Below are positions 52,203-63,239 of a stretch of DNA of 64,000 nt, one piece after another (the stretch's first letter is position 1; each line of letters opens with the position of its first letter). Both the position numbers and the translations under genes were made by a program. The stretch lies in the IMG/VR virus record IMGVR_UViG_3300010938_000022, one strand, 5' to 3'. Source of the DNA: an uncultured virus (IMG/VR IMGVR_UViG_3300010938_000022) (taxonomy: Duplodnaviria; Heunggongvirae; Uroviricota; Caudoviricetes). Under the pieces are notes generated by a model. The model was given only the letters and a program-made list of their open reading frames with translations. It was not told the origin of the DNA and did not search any database.

Positions 52203-52239
52203 AATTACTCCCTTATTATTTACACTTCAAATATACTGT

Positions 52240-52872
52240 ATGCCAAAACATGTAACAATTACAAATACTACTAATTTTCCTATTAGTATAGATGTTAAGC
52301 AAGTAGATTTTAGCGAATTATTTACTAAATTTGGCAGAGTAACTATAAATCCACAAAATACATTTACTATAGAATATACTAGAATCAATGAAGGCCATTT
52401 ACAAAATCTACAAAAGTTAGGACTTTTAAAATACTTAGTCCAGAGAGTACAGGAAATTCCTCCAGCTCCTCCAGAAGCTCCAGCAGGTCAAACTGTTACT
52501 TTAGGATTCCAAAGTGGATCATCATTAAAAGATGGTGATAAAGTTGCTTCAGCAAATATTATTGTTTTCATAACCACAAGTGATGGCCTAGAACTAGATC
52601 ATGAAGTTACTGTCGATGTGTCTAGAACTGGTGGAACAGCAATAGATGGTGTTGATTTTAACTTTACAAGTCCAACAACATTGACATTCATTGCTGGCTC
52701 ATTAAACGGCGAAACTTTATCTGCCGATGTTAGTATTTTAGGTGCTAATAATCCTGACTGTACGGTAATTTTAGGACTAAGCAATCCAACTGGCTCTGGC
52801 ACTACAATCTCTGGAATTACATCACATACACTTACAATAGCATTTGTTGGTGGTGGTGGAGGAGAAGCATAG
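52240..52872 (+). CDS. Calx-beta/Ig-like domain protein (possible virion surface protein)
   Basis: VTVDV..TGGTA..GVDF....TLTF.AG......V.I.....V.L.LSNP. Confidence 0.7.
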   Translation: MPKHVTITNTTNFPISIDVKQVDFSELFTKFGRVTINPQNTFTIEYTRINEGHLQNLQKLGLLKYLVQRVQEIPPAPPEAPAGQTVTLGFQSGSSLKDGDKVASANIIVFITTSDGLELDHEVTVDVSRTGGTAIDGVDFNFTSPTTLTFIAGSLNGETLSADVSILGANNPDCTVILGLSNPTGSGTTISGITSHTLTIAFVGGGGGEA

Positions 52873-53318
52873 TGAAGCTTAATGTGTTATCTGAAGATAA
52901 GTCAAAATTAATCTATTTAGATTTAGATGAAACTCTTATATATACATCACATAAGAAAAGTAAAGATGCTGTTATGGGATCGGCTGGTTATACTTTACCT
53001 AGGCCACATTTGAATCATTTTTTGAAAAATCTAAAAAGTAAAGGGTATGTTATAAATCTATTGACATATGGAACTAGAAATTATGCCAAAGAAATATTGA
53101 CAGCATTTAAAATAAATAATTTCTTTAACAAAGTAATAGCAAGAGAAGATATTGCAGAAATATTAGAAAAAAATGAAAAGTTAGAACCTGGAACTCTAAT
53201 TGATAATGAAATGCCAGAACACAAAGTAAAAATAGTGGCTGGTGAAAAAATTAAGATAAGATCTTGGAATGGTGACAATAGTGATTCTGAATTGCTTTTA
53301 GTGCTTGGCAAAGTTTAA
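52872..53318 (+). CDS. HAD-family (NIF/FCP1-like) phosphatase
   Basis: LDLDETLI, RP.L..FL, T.G...YA, LIDN. Confidence 0.8.
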   Translation: MKLNVLSEDKSKLIYLDLDETLIYTSHKKSKDAVMGSAGYTLPRPHLNHFLKNLKSKGYVINLLTYGTRNYAKEILTAFKINNFFNKVIAREDIAEILEKNEKLEPGTLIDNEMPEHKVKIVAGEKIKIRSWNGDNSDSELLLVLGKV

Positions 53319-55065
53319 TGCATATTGTCTAAAGAATTTTCTAAACCAGTTTTAAATTGAGATAACGGATTTTGATAATTCTGGATACTAGTATTTTCAT
53401 AATTAGAATCGGATTGCTCTAATTTTTCTGATTCTGTCTTTTCTGCCTTAGCTTCACTAGCTACAAATACTCCTATAGCTTCATCATGTGATAACTTTTC
53501 AACTTTTTTAGAATCCATAGCGAATGCTGGTATTACACCTCTTTTAGTGACTGAATATGTGCCATCTTTTGATGATTGTAATACCCAGAATTTTTCTCCA
53601 ACTCTTTTTGGAAGAAAGCCAGCTATATTTTGCTTATTTACATTAGTATCAAAATATTGTGATGCTAGTCTTCTACCCTTTTCTAATCCAGGTTCGTCAT
53701 TTTTAAATACACCTAATATATAATTCTGATTTTGTTTCAAAAATTCTAATTGTTTTAGTCCAACATATGCACTATTGTCAGGATCTTTGAATTTTAACCC
53801 TTCTTGGGCTATAATATATAATTTATCAGTTTTAATATCAGTGATGGCCCAAATTGGTGGCTCTATTTGTCTTCCGGCATTAGACTGATCTATAATTTCT
53901 ACAACCCTAAATCTGTAATTTTTACCTTTTTTATCTAATTTAATTTTAAAGTCTTCCTTACTTAAATTTTCAGGATTCTTAGAAGTTTCTTTGTTAGTGT
54001 TATTCTTTAAATCATCGTAATTTTTGAAATCATTAGCATGTACTTTGTCATCAATATTTTTAATATATGATGCTAGCTCTTCACCAGAATGATAATCTTC
54101 ATTCAATCTACTCCAAGATTCTTCTGGTTCATTATTTGCTGGTGCCATTGGTGTTAACTCCGATTTCACTTCATCTAAGTCTAATAATCCAATTGTTACT
54201 AAGGAATCTGCTTTTTGCCTATCTAAGGTATATGATTGTGTGCCAACTTTTAGTAAAAATCTGTGATCGACTAATATTGAAGCGTACGAAGTGGCTTCTG
54301 TCTGATTTTTGCCTATTAGGCTTGATAATGATTTAATATTATACTTATATAAATCTCTATTAGTGTAGGCACTAACTAATTTAAATAAAGCTTGCCTTAC
54401 CTCTTTTGGCAATGCGTTAAAACGTCTAGATGTATCTAATTTGATAGCCATTAGTATAAATCCTTAATAACATCCTTAATAGCCGATAAGTCATATTCTC
54501 TTGATAATTCTTTAATTACTTCATCAGCAGCTAATCCTTTATCTATTAGTTGTTTAGCTTTTATAGAAATATCTTGTACAATTGCTGTATAATCATTTTC
54601 ACAAAAAATCTTTTTACTTTTTTTTAAATTTTTACGTTGTTGGTTTAGTGACGAATTTTTAGATCCAAGTGTCGTAGTTGGTGAAGATGCTATGCATCCA
54701 GTAGTAACTGTTTCTAATAATTTCTCAAAAATTTTACTCTTCATATTGTATATTTGTCATAATATTTGTCTAAAACCTTCAACTTTATTTATTACACTAA
54801 TACCTTCTATGTATGGTAAATTCATATCAAGGCAGAAATGTATATGTTTTAATTTATCCTTCATATTAAATAATATTCTACGAATAAGTATTCTTTCTTC
54901 TTCTGTTGGTAATTTCATATTGAATATATATGCATCTTCAAATTGCACAGTTGTTATTTTTTGAATGGCTTCTACTATATTTTTAGCCCTAAGATATTTA
55001 TAATCTTTTAGGCGTTCAATTGGAGTTGGTGATAAATATATTAACATGTAAATACTTTTATGCAA
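53315..55065 (-). CDS. Three hypothetical proteins (53315-54451, 54451-54744, 54757-55065)
   Basis: Packed minus-strand ORFs. Confidence 0.55.
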
Positions 55066-55635
55066 ATAAGAGTTTCTGAATTCTGTGGACTAAGTAGAGC
55101 CAAAATTTGGCAAGATTGGCTACTAGCTTCAGCCCCTGACTTATATACTAATTTGATGAAAATATTAAATGATCCAAAAGGTGGTTGTAAGAAAAATACT
55201 CAAGGTATGATAGACGTATACTCTGAATTATTGAAAAGAAAATTAGGTGACAAACTTAACCTATTCTTAAAAAAAGAATTTCCAAATGTGATAGATAATT
55301 CTCCTAAGTCTGTATTTATGAAGTCAAAACGTTTAAATACAGATGTTGAAAAGTATAAAAACATAAAAGAAGCTAATAAACATAAAGTTTTCAAAAATTA
55401 TAATCCTGCTATATTAACATTTCCACAAAAATTAATTATCATAGATCCAGATTTAAATGAATTGCAAAAGAAAGTAAATATATTCGTTAAAGATAAGGTT
55501 GGTGCTGACTACATTATAATAGAGGATAGAGCATATATAGAATATTTTTTGCCAAAATATAGAGCAGAGTCAGCAAAATATCCAAAAGAATTGAACGAAA
55601 TTAGCATATGGCGTAAAAATAACCTTTTACATTAG
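55060..55635 (+). CDS. Hypothetical protein
   Basis: 191-aa ORF. Confidence 0.55.
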   Translation: MQIRVSEFCGLSRAKIWQDWLLASAPDLYTNLMKILNDPKGGCKKNTQGMIDVYSELLKRKLGDKLNLFLKKEFPNVIDNSPKSVFMKSKRLNTDVEKYKNIKEANKHKVFKNYNPAILTFPQKLIIIDPDLNELQKKVNIFVKDKVGADYIIIEDRAYIEYFLPKYRAESAKYPKELNEISIWRKNNLLH

Positions 55636-56549
55636 TGGGTACTCTGGCCACGGGAATCATGCATATAATAATGAGCAATATCAGTATCTTGCATTATAAT
55701 TGGTTCTGCTTCTGGCCACCTTCCCTTGATAACAAATCTAGCATAATTATAAGCAGCTTCAGCATTTTTCATTATAATTGGTTCTGCTTTTTTCCATCTT
55801 CCATTGATAACGATAGCAGCATAGTCAGATAATCTCTGGGCAAAATAGTCAGATCCATCATCATATTTTTCAAATCTTTGGAAAAAATCTTCATGAAGTG
55901 GCTCTAATAAAGATCTATAATTTGATAGACTAGTATCTTCATCATTTATATCTTTTATCTGCATAAAGTCTAGGCGTATATCTGGTTTAGTAAACTGAAT
56001 GTGAGGTTTACTGTCTTTTGATATAATATAAATCTTTTGATAATTTTCAATATATTGCATAGCTTGGCAGTCTTTGTAGCTTTTGCGGGTACACCATTTC
56101 GTACCCTCTCCCATAATTGAGAGAGATTCTGGGTTACTTACTTCCCATAATTTATAATCACCATCTTGGTTAATTAGTTTTACGCCTGGAAGTTTCTCAG
56201 GGTTTACTTGGAAGGCCCCTTCTCTTTTGCTTCCTGTTTCTGTGAATTTTTCTAGTTCTGCTTCTACATCATGAATAGTCTTGTATTGATTTAGATCTTT
56301 TTGTTGTAATCTTGATTGGTGCTGTTTGAATTGGCTTATTACTTCTTTTATACGGTGGTTGTCTTCTGGTACTCTTATGTTCTTAAATTTAATTTGTTTT
56401 AAGACCCATTCTGCGTATTTGTTGGATGGATCTATATCATTTATAATATTGATTAGCTTTTCTTCTGATATATCTAGGCTTGAGGCAACTATTTTTAATT
56501 GCTTCATTACATTAATATTCAACGATTCAGATAAATAAGATAATTTCAC
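55632..56549 (-). CDS. Protein with a GTKWCT (PcfJ-like) domain and RW.EAEPII repeats; MKLSYLSES leader
   Basis: Motifs read from the translation. Confidence 0.6.
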   Translation of the reverse strand: MKLSYLSESLNINVMKQLKIVASSLDISEEKLINIINDIDPSNKYAEWVLKQIKFKNIRVPEDNHRIKEVISQFKQHQSRLQQKDLNQYKTIHDVEAELEKFTETGSKREGAFQVNPEKLPGVKLINQDGDYKLWEVSNPESLSIMGEGTKWCTRKSYKDCQAMQYIENYQKIYIISKDSKPHIQFTKPDIRLDFMQIKDINDEDTSLSNYRSLLEPLHEDFFQRFEKYDDGSDYFAQRLSDYAAIVINGRWKKAEPIIMKNAEAAYNYARFVIKGRWPEAEPIIMQDTDIAHYYMHDSRGQSTH

Positions 56550-56957
56550 TTGACTCTTCTGAATATTTTGTTTAAGCGGCTTTCAAAAGTTTCTGTAATG
56601 TCATCTCCAGCCAAAATACCATGATGATCTGCAAACCACTGTTGAAGTTTATTTATATCTACTTTACGATGATTTACAACAGCATGCAATTTCTTATTAA
56701 GTAATGCAAGTACAGTTGCAACATCTGGTGATAAAGTTTCTTTACTGAACCAGCTTTCATATGGTAATTCATTTACCAATAAATGATATAGCAACTGCTT
56801 GGAATACAGCCATTTCAGGACTTGAAGCATTAATCCAGTAAGTTTCGCTATCGTGCATAGTTGGATAATCTATACTAACTTTATAGTTATTCATGTTTAA
56901 CTTCTCTTTTCGTAATCATATATTATTTTTGTATGGCGTAACTAAAAATAATTTTGT

Positions 56958-57479
56958 TTAACTTCTCTTTTCGTAATCATATATTATATTGTATAATGGT
57001 TTAATTGGTACTATATCTTTCAACCCATCTATTGTCTGCTTTAAGCAACTTGACTCATATCCACCACCTATTTCTATTTTAATTGCTTTATGTAATATAA
57101 TATCTATTAATCTTTCGTCATTACATAATGGTTTTGCTGGAGTATCAGCTACAAATATGTAGTTCCTGTTTCTTTTAAAACTATTTAGATTGCGAATGAA
57201 TTCCTGGTATACTTCATGTTTTGAAGCATGATCTTTTGATACTTCATGCCTTTGTTCTGATTTGCCTAATACAGCTTCTGATTCACCCCATAAAGGCATA
57301 TACGATACAATCACGATCCATCCTTCTGACAATCTTTTTTCAATTAAATTTATTATTTTTTGAAAATAAATAAATTGGGTATCTGGTTGATTTGGTAGAA
57401 GATCGGCAAAGAGATTCGGATGTACTAATATTAGTACATTCTTTTTGTAATTATCTTCAAGTAAAACTGAAAGTTTCAT
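56958..57479 (-). CDS. Cysteine-hydrolase/isochorismatase-like fold protein; MKLSVLLED leader
   Basis: VLILVHP, IEIGGGY..SCL. Confidence 0.45.
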   Translation of the reverse strand: MKLSVLLEDNYKKNVLILVHPNLFADLLPNQPDTQFIYFQKIINLIEKRLSEGWIVIVSYMPLWGESEAVLGKSEQRHEVSKDHASKHEVYQEFIRNLNSFKRNRNYIFVADTPAKPLCNDERLIDIILHKAIKIEIGGGYESSCLKQTIDGLKDIVPIKPLYNIIYDYEKRS

Positions 57480-57482
57480 TAA

Positions 57483-58019
57483 TTATTTTTGTATTGCATA
57501 ACTCAATCTTGGCTCTGCGCATCCTGTGGCATATATCCAAGTTCCTATATCTGGATGACTTCTAATACCATATGATCCTAATTCAATACCTTTCTTTGAT
57601 TCAATATCATATGTGCCATCCTGCATTTTAACACTATTACAATCTAAATATTCATTAAAGAAGTAATGACATAGATCAATAATATGTAATAGTCTTTCTT
57701 CTGAGGTATCATCTGTCTGAATTAATTCGACTTTCATAAAATATTGCTTGTGTGTTTCTGTTAAATTTTGTTCATCTCTAAAACATGGTGTGACACACAT
57801 ATAAGCACCTTTTGGCAGTGCTTTATCTTTTATTAGTTGTAAGAATGACTGCTCACCAGATGCTACTAAAACTTTATCTTTAAATTGAAAATTGTTAGCA
57901 TGTGGCGGCTTTGTAATGTTTGAAATCAACTCATCTACAGCCCATGGCACATCTATATATTGAAATCCTGCTTTTGTGTAAAATCTAATAGCATCTGCTA
58001 TATAATGATAATTAATCAT
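57483..58019 (-). CDS. Stand-alone class II aminoacyl-tRNA-synthetase-like catalytic domain
   Basis: ASGEQSFL, TPCFRDE (motif 2), FMKVEL, ELGSYG, ATG.AEPR (motif 3). Confidence 0.8.
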   Translation of the reverse strand: MINYHYIADAIRFYTKAGFQYIDVPWAVDELISNITKPPHANNFQFKDKVLVASGEQSFLQLIKDKALPKGAYMCVTPCFRDEQNLTETHKQYFMKVELIQTDDTSEERLLHIIDLCHYFFNEYLDCNSVKMQDGTYDIESKKGIELGSYGIRSHPDIGTWIYATGCAEPRLSYAIQK

Positions 58020-58093
58020 AAAAATGTCTGTCTAATTTATGTTTCTTTGCTAAAGCATTTTCTAATATATCTCTTAAATTTTCTAGCTGATTA

Positions 58094-59475
58094 TTAGATA
58101 ATTCTAAAGCTAAGATCAGTTATAATATCGTTGAATTTTTTCTTGCTTAATATATCATCTGATTCAGTGCCACAGTAACAGGCATCGGCAATAAGAACAG
58201 CAGAATTTATTACATCATTATATGCTGTTTTATTTTCATCCAATTTCTTATGAGAAACAAATCCAAGTAGGTTAGTAGCTCCGTAATATTTAAAAGCCTT
58301 TATATCAACTTTTGCAACTAAAGCAGATTCTGGTTCTAAATGACCAGCTTCATGCACTAAAATTCGTTCTAATTTTGAATCATTGTCTACCATTTTGAAA
58401 TGCTCTCTTAGTAATAAAATGCATATCTGCTAAATCATTCATTGAAATACCTGGAAATTTGTTTAAAAATGCTTCTATTGCCCCATACAAATCAGATAAT
58501 TCTACAAGCATCATTAACTTACAATGCTGTGATTCTGCGTCTTTCAATTCATCTAATTCTTCCTGAATCTTTGAAATTTCACCAAGTTTACCTTTTTGAA
58601 TTTTAGTTAGATGATAACCTGGATTTTCTATGCCTGCCTCTAAATTATCCATATATTCCTTGGCTTTTATTTTCTTTTATAAGATCATTAACTTGCTCTT
58701 CTAGTGATTTACTAAAATCACAATTTGCTACACATGAACTAGTAGCGGTAACAGCTTTTAACTCTATTATATGTCCAGATTTTAATTTCACTTTCACAAT
58801 TTCTACATGTGATACTGTTCCACCTATCTTATCGTCAGATGAAGATGTTTTTGTTTTACTAATAATTTCTGTTGGTAGTGGGTCAACACCTAGTGTAGCA
58901 GCGATTCTGATAATTTGATGTAAAGCGTCCATTATTTATTCCTTTTGCTTATCATGGTATTCTGGTGGTGGGCCAAATTTTAATCTCATTAATACACCCC
59001 ATGATATCAGTGATTGTGCTTTAAGAAGATCTTCGTCGGTCATGTCTTCATATTTCATACCCATTACATCTGAATCTTCTAATATAGCATAAACATAACT
59101 TTCTAATGTTTCTTCAGAGCCTTCTTTAAGTCCATTTTCAAAATTTTTCATTACTTTATCAACAGCTCTCTCATATTCATTTATAGCAACTGCTCTGCAA
59201 GTATGTGTACCAACACCAACTATTTTAAGGATATCTCCAAATCCTGGTGTCCTGCCAATTATAAATGCTATAATTCCAGTTGTGCATCCTGGATTGCAAA
59301 CAGCTGTATGTTTAATACCATCCCATAATATTCTTACAAATTTACCCTGTGGTTTTTCTTGTTTATCCCATGATACTATAATACCACCTTCGTTTGGGTA
59401 AATTACATCATCAACTTTTGGCATTGGTGCTGCTTGGTGTTCTTTTCTATTTTTTGAGCGTATTGTATTTTCCAT
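58094..59475 (-). CDS. Hypothetical proteins (58094-58393, 58645-58932, 58936-59475)
   Basis: ORF track. Confidence 0.5.
58380..58652 (-). CDS. All-alpha NTP pyrophosphatase (MazG/HisE-like)
   Basis: SKI.EE..E..DA......VELSDL. Confidence 0.7.
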   Translation of the reverse strand: MDNLEAGIENPGYHLTKIQKGKLGEISKIQEELDELKDAESQHCKLMMLVELSDLYGAIEAFLNKFPGISMNDLADMHFITKRAFQNGRQ

Positions 59476-59504
59476 ACTTTGACCTTCGATACTATCACCT
59501 TAAA

Positions 59505-60443
59505 TTATACTGGAATATCTTTAATAATATAAACTATTTCTGTCTTCATATCAGATACTTTAACTGTATAAACTATATGAAATTTATCATTATGTATAAT
59601 AGCATTTGGGTATGATCCTGGCCCAAAATTATATACTTCATGAGGTCTTAGACATACATCTAATTTAGCTAAAGTAAGATTATTTCTACCACGTTCATCA
59701 TTATTATATATTATATATTTATGCTCATTTCCAAATACGTAGCATGAATTGTTACAGTTAGTTAGACTTCTAATCAATATCGGATTTGACCATTTAATTA
59801 AATCAGTTGACTTGCAATACCATGCCCATGGGCCATACTTTCTTGGGTTAAAATTCCTGCTAAGACAATTATATGTACCATACTTATCTTTCCATATTGT
59901 AGGTTGTATCATTACTGGATCTGGCTTATTAGCCTTAGTTGATAAGATTTCTAATTTGTTGTCAGATTCTGGTTTAAAAAGTCCAAATACTAAATTTCCA
60001 GACCTATCTCCTTCTTGATATAATGGGAGAATTGTTCTATCTTTTTCAATTAGCGGATTGCATCTAGGTAGTAGTCTAGTATTCGATAGCGCAAATCTAC
60101 TTGACAATTTTAATTTCTTTGGACTAAATAATCCAGCTAATTTTACCTCTTTATAGAGTAGTATTGTATTTTGCCATCTATCTATTGCATTAAATTTATT
60201 AAAGGGTGTCCTGAATCTTGAATATAAGATATATGGTTTATCATTATGGCAAAATACAATACTATTTCCTACTTTTTTATCAACTACTGTTGAATCAACT
60301 ACTGTTTCGTCTTTTAACAATAATAAGTTAACTTGCTCATCGTCAGCACATTCTTTAGATGCAGAGTAAAATGTTATTAGTATATTATTTTTAGCTGCAC
60401 ATATTGATGCAGAATGATTGAATCTATCAATGCTAAATTGCAT
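59505..60443 (-). CDS. BNR/sialidase-like beta-propeller protein
   Basis: HSAS, ILPLY.E, IQPT, STD...WS (Asp-box-like), R..L.L, SYP. Confidence 0.7.
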   Translation of the reverse strand: MQFSIDRFNHSASICAAKNNILITFYSASKECADDEQVNLLLLKDETVVDSTVVDKKVGNSIVFCHNDKPYILYSRFRTPFNKFNAIDRWQNTILLYKEVKLAGLFSPKKLKLSSRFALSNTRLLPRCNPLIEKDRTILPLYQEGDRSGNLVFGLFKPESDNKLEILSTKANKPDPVMIQPTIWKDKYGTYNCLSRNFNPRKYGPWAWYCKSTDLIKWSNPILIRSLTNCNNSCYVFGNEHKYIIYNNDERGRNNLTLAKLDVCLRPHEVYNFGPGSYPNAIIHNDKFHIVYTVKVSDMKTEIVYIIKDIPV

Positions 60444-60991
60444 TAGTATTTCTTTCCACCATGTTTAACTGGCCTAGTAGTATTATATGCATGTTTAGCT
60501 AGAATAGCTCCTAAATTGATCTGCTAAATCTAGGCAACGAATTATAACATCTGCTATCTCTTCTTCGATACCTGTAAATTCTGGAATATGCTCTGATACT
60601 TCTATATGATTCCTGTCAGCTTCCAATGCCTCACTTAATTCTGAATGTATTAATGCTATTGCTTCTCCAAAATTACATTCACGAGGCTTACCAGAGCGCC
60701 AACCTTTTTCTATGTTATTTTTCCTAATATCACTTTGCAATGCTGTTAAAACATCCCTAAAACGGCATGGATTTGTTAATGAATTTGCTAAAGCGTATTG
60801 CCTAATATCCTTACCATTTAAAAAGCCTTCAATTTTATCAACAAGATCAGCAACTTCTGAACATCCAGGACTAAAGGTACCACCATAAGTATCATCTAAA
60901 CCTTTAGACTTTAGAACTCTAACAGTTTCACGTAATAATTGACGCCCATTGTCGTTATCAGGTTGTAGACGGACTGCTTTTTATCAGCCAT
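60443..60991 (-). pseudogene. MazG-like NTP pyrophosphohydrolase, apparently broken by two frameshifts
   Basis: Core IALIHSELSEALEA...EEIADVIIR..D; N-terminal part shifts at an A5 run near 60980; the typical C-terminus AILAKHAYN..R..KHGGKKY lies in another frame. Confidence 0.7.
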
Positions 60992-60992
60992 A

Positions 60993-61175
60993 TTATTTCT
61001 CACAGAATTTTTTAACTCGTAAATCATCAGTCCAATCTAATAGCACCATTAGACCGACTAATGGTAATGCGCCTACTGCTAGTATCGCAGCCGGAAACAT
61101 CAATGCGAAAATAAACCATTGAAATAATGTATTCCAGCATTTAGTACCGTTTTTGTAAAATTCAGGTCTTGACAT
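60993..61175 (-). CDS. Small membrane protein
   Basis: Hydrophobic stretch. Confidence 0.55.
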   Translation of the reverse strand: MSRPEFYKNGTKCWNTLFQWFIFALMFPAAILAVGALPLVGLMVLLDWTDDLRVKKFCEK

Positions 61176-61468
61176 TATGCTAATGCATCCTTCAATGTTT
61201 TTGAAGCTGTTACCTTAACACTCTTACCAGCTGGCTTTGTCCATTGAGTGCCATTTGGTGCTGTTCCTGACTTAGCCTTTGTGGCCTTAACTGAGAAATT
61301 AGCAACTCCCTGTAGATTAACAGAATCTCCATTCTTTAAAGCCTTAGTGATAAAATCAGCCACTAAATCAAGTACTTCACTAACAGTGGCCTTACTTAAA
61401 TCCTTACCACTTGCAGTAAGAGTTTGAACTAAACTATCAATCATGTCAGACTTCGTTAACTTATTCAT
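61175..61468 (-). CDS. hup: HU/IHF-like DNA-binding protein
   Basis: TKSDMI......SK.....LD.....I..AL..G.SV.L.G...F.V......G..P. Confidence 0.85.
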   Translation of the reverse strand: MNKLTKSDMIDSLVQTLTASGKDLSKATVSEVLDLVADFITKALKNGDSVNLQGVANFSVKATKAKSGTAPNGTQWTKPAGKSVKVTASKTLKDALA

Positions 61469-61490
61469 ATTTATCCTTTTGTTATTGAAA

Positions 61491-62087
61491 TTAGCCTATA
61501 AATTTATTATATCCCTTTTTAATTAATTCATTTACAAATTTAGTGTATCCACCATCGCGTTCTTTGATATCATATCTCTTTTTTGGAACTGATTTGCCAC
61601 TCTTCTTTCCTAGTGAGCCATTATAAGTATTAAAGCATCTGTATGATTTATGATCAGCAGCAATTAAGCAATATCCAACAACCTTAATTTCTTTATGGTC
61701 AAATCCGCTTATATTTCTACTATAAAGTTCACTACCATCAGACATTAGATCATTTAAATTTAATGATACCAATTCTAACTTCTTATCCGTTTTGGCCGGT
61801 TTTTGTTTTAAGTGCTTGGCCATTTTTGCTGTTTCCTTCGTTGGTTTAAATTTATCTGTAATGCTGGATTGTTTATCTGCCATACTGATAGAATTAGTAG
61901 CATTATCATTACATTCTAAAACTCTACTCTTATGAAATACTTGCTTGTCTTTAGTATTATTCTCTGGATGTACTGTCAATTTATTACTGTCTATAGATGA
62001 AACTATCCAATGAGTGCCGCCTTCGTGTGAAATTGGCTTTCCAAATTGGTTTGCTAATACAACTCTATCATTCTTTCTAATATTCAT
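61491..62087 (-). CDS. Hypothetical protein
   Basis: 198-aa ORF. Confidence 0.55.
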   Translation of the reverse strand: MNIRKNDRVVLANQFGKPISHEGGTHWIVSSIDSNKLTVHPENNTKDKQVFHKSRVLECNDNATNSISMADKQSSITDKFKPTKETAKMAKHLKQKPAKTDKKLELVSLNLNDLMSDGSELYSRNISGFDHKEIKVVGYCLIAADHKSYRCFNTYNGSLGKKSGKSVPKKRYDIKERDGGYTKFVNELIKKGYNKFIG

Positions 62088-62089
62088 AT

Positions 62090-62626
62090 TTATTCCAATT
62101 TATTAAAAATATTTAATAACTGATTGTACATATCTTGATTAGTATCATAAAAACTAAGGTCTTTATCCTCAGAATTTGACAAATTTCTACCACCAATTAT
62201 GTAATGATTTGGTGAAACCAATATTAATTTTATATGACTATTATCGACAACTGAAAACTTTATTCGATTCCATCTAGTCTTGATATGCTCAAATCTAGAA
62301 TCCCATTTAGCACTTTTAGATACTGAAGAACAGTGACTAGCATCAAAAGTATTATTCACATCAGATTCGATTATTTCTTCGTAAAGTTGGCATTTAAATG
62401 GTCTTGGAATTCCTATTTTAATATGTGTATGACAATCTTTTAATGAAAGATTGTCAAATAAAGCTCCAACTTCATTGAAGAATTTACCACCCCAATCGTT
62501 AGTATATCTTCCATCATCTAAAATACCAGTAAATATATTATATGTTGCTATATTAACTTCTGCATTTCTCTTTACAATAGTTCTTATTTTAGAGAAGAAT
62601 AGCGACTTAGACTGCAGTATTTCCAT
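62090..62626 (-). CDS. PLD-like (HxK) nuclease-fold protein
   Basis: SHIKLILV....IIGGRNLS. Confidence 0.65.
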   Translation of the reverse strand: MEILQSKSLFFSKIRTIVKRNAEVNIATYNIFTGILDDGRYTNDWGGKFFNEVGALFDNLSLKDCHTHIKIGIPRPFKCQLYEEIIESDVNNTFDASHCSSVSKSAKWDSRFEHIKTRWNRIKFSVVDNSHIKLILVSPNHYIIGGRNLSNSEDKDLSFYDTNQDMYNQLLNIFNKLE

Positions 62627-62693
62627 ATAATTATTATACTACTGTCGTACTGCAGACACAATAATTATTACAACTTTTGCTCAAATATACTAT

Positions 62694-63239
62694 ATGGATA
62701 AAGGTCTAGAACGAGTTAAGCAACTTCTTACTGATTTAGGGCTATTAGACATAAATGGTAATGCTAGCGGTGTAAGTACTACAGCAATACAAGCCTTATA
62801 CGATGCAATTGTTAATACTGGAAGAACGCCAGCCGCTGCTGTGACTGATAATGAAGCTTTTAGTATTTTATTAAATCAATTTTTAAATTTAGCCAATAGA
62901 GATATTAGAACAGATGATTCCACTAACAATGGTGCCGCATCAATTACCTTAAATCCAGCATCACTTGGAAAGTATGCATATCTAGATATAGATTCTAATT
63001 TAGAAATTAGTTTGGACACAACTGGCTCAGAATTTGGTGACGAATTCCATTTAGAATGCCATTTAACAGGTTCTGGTGGTTGGACTGTAACTTGGGGGGC
63101 AGGATTATCAGCAACTAGTGTTGCAGCAGTAGCCCCATCATTTACTGGTGACAGAACATTAATAACCTTTTTAAGAATGCATAGTAATGGTAGCGATAAC
63201 AAATGGACTATGGTTGCAGCTAAAGAGGTCACAATTTAA
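62694..63239 (+). CDS. Probable structural/fibre-associated protein
   Basis: T/S/G-rich; GG.TVTWG pattern. Confidence 0.55.
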   Translation: MDKGLERVKQLLTDLGLLDINGNASGVSTTAIQALYDAIVNTGRTPAAAVTDNEAFSILLNQFLNLANRDIRTDDSTNNGAASITLNPASLGKYAYLDIDSNLEISLDTTGSEFGDEFHLECHLTGSGGWTVTWGAGLSATSVAAVAPSFTGDRTLITFLRMHSNGSDNKWTMVAAKEVTI

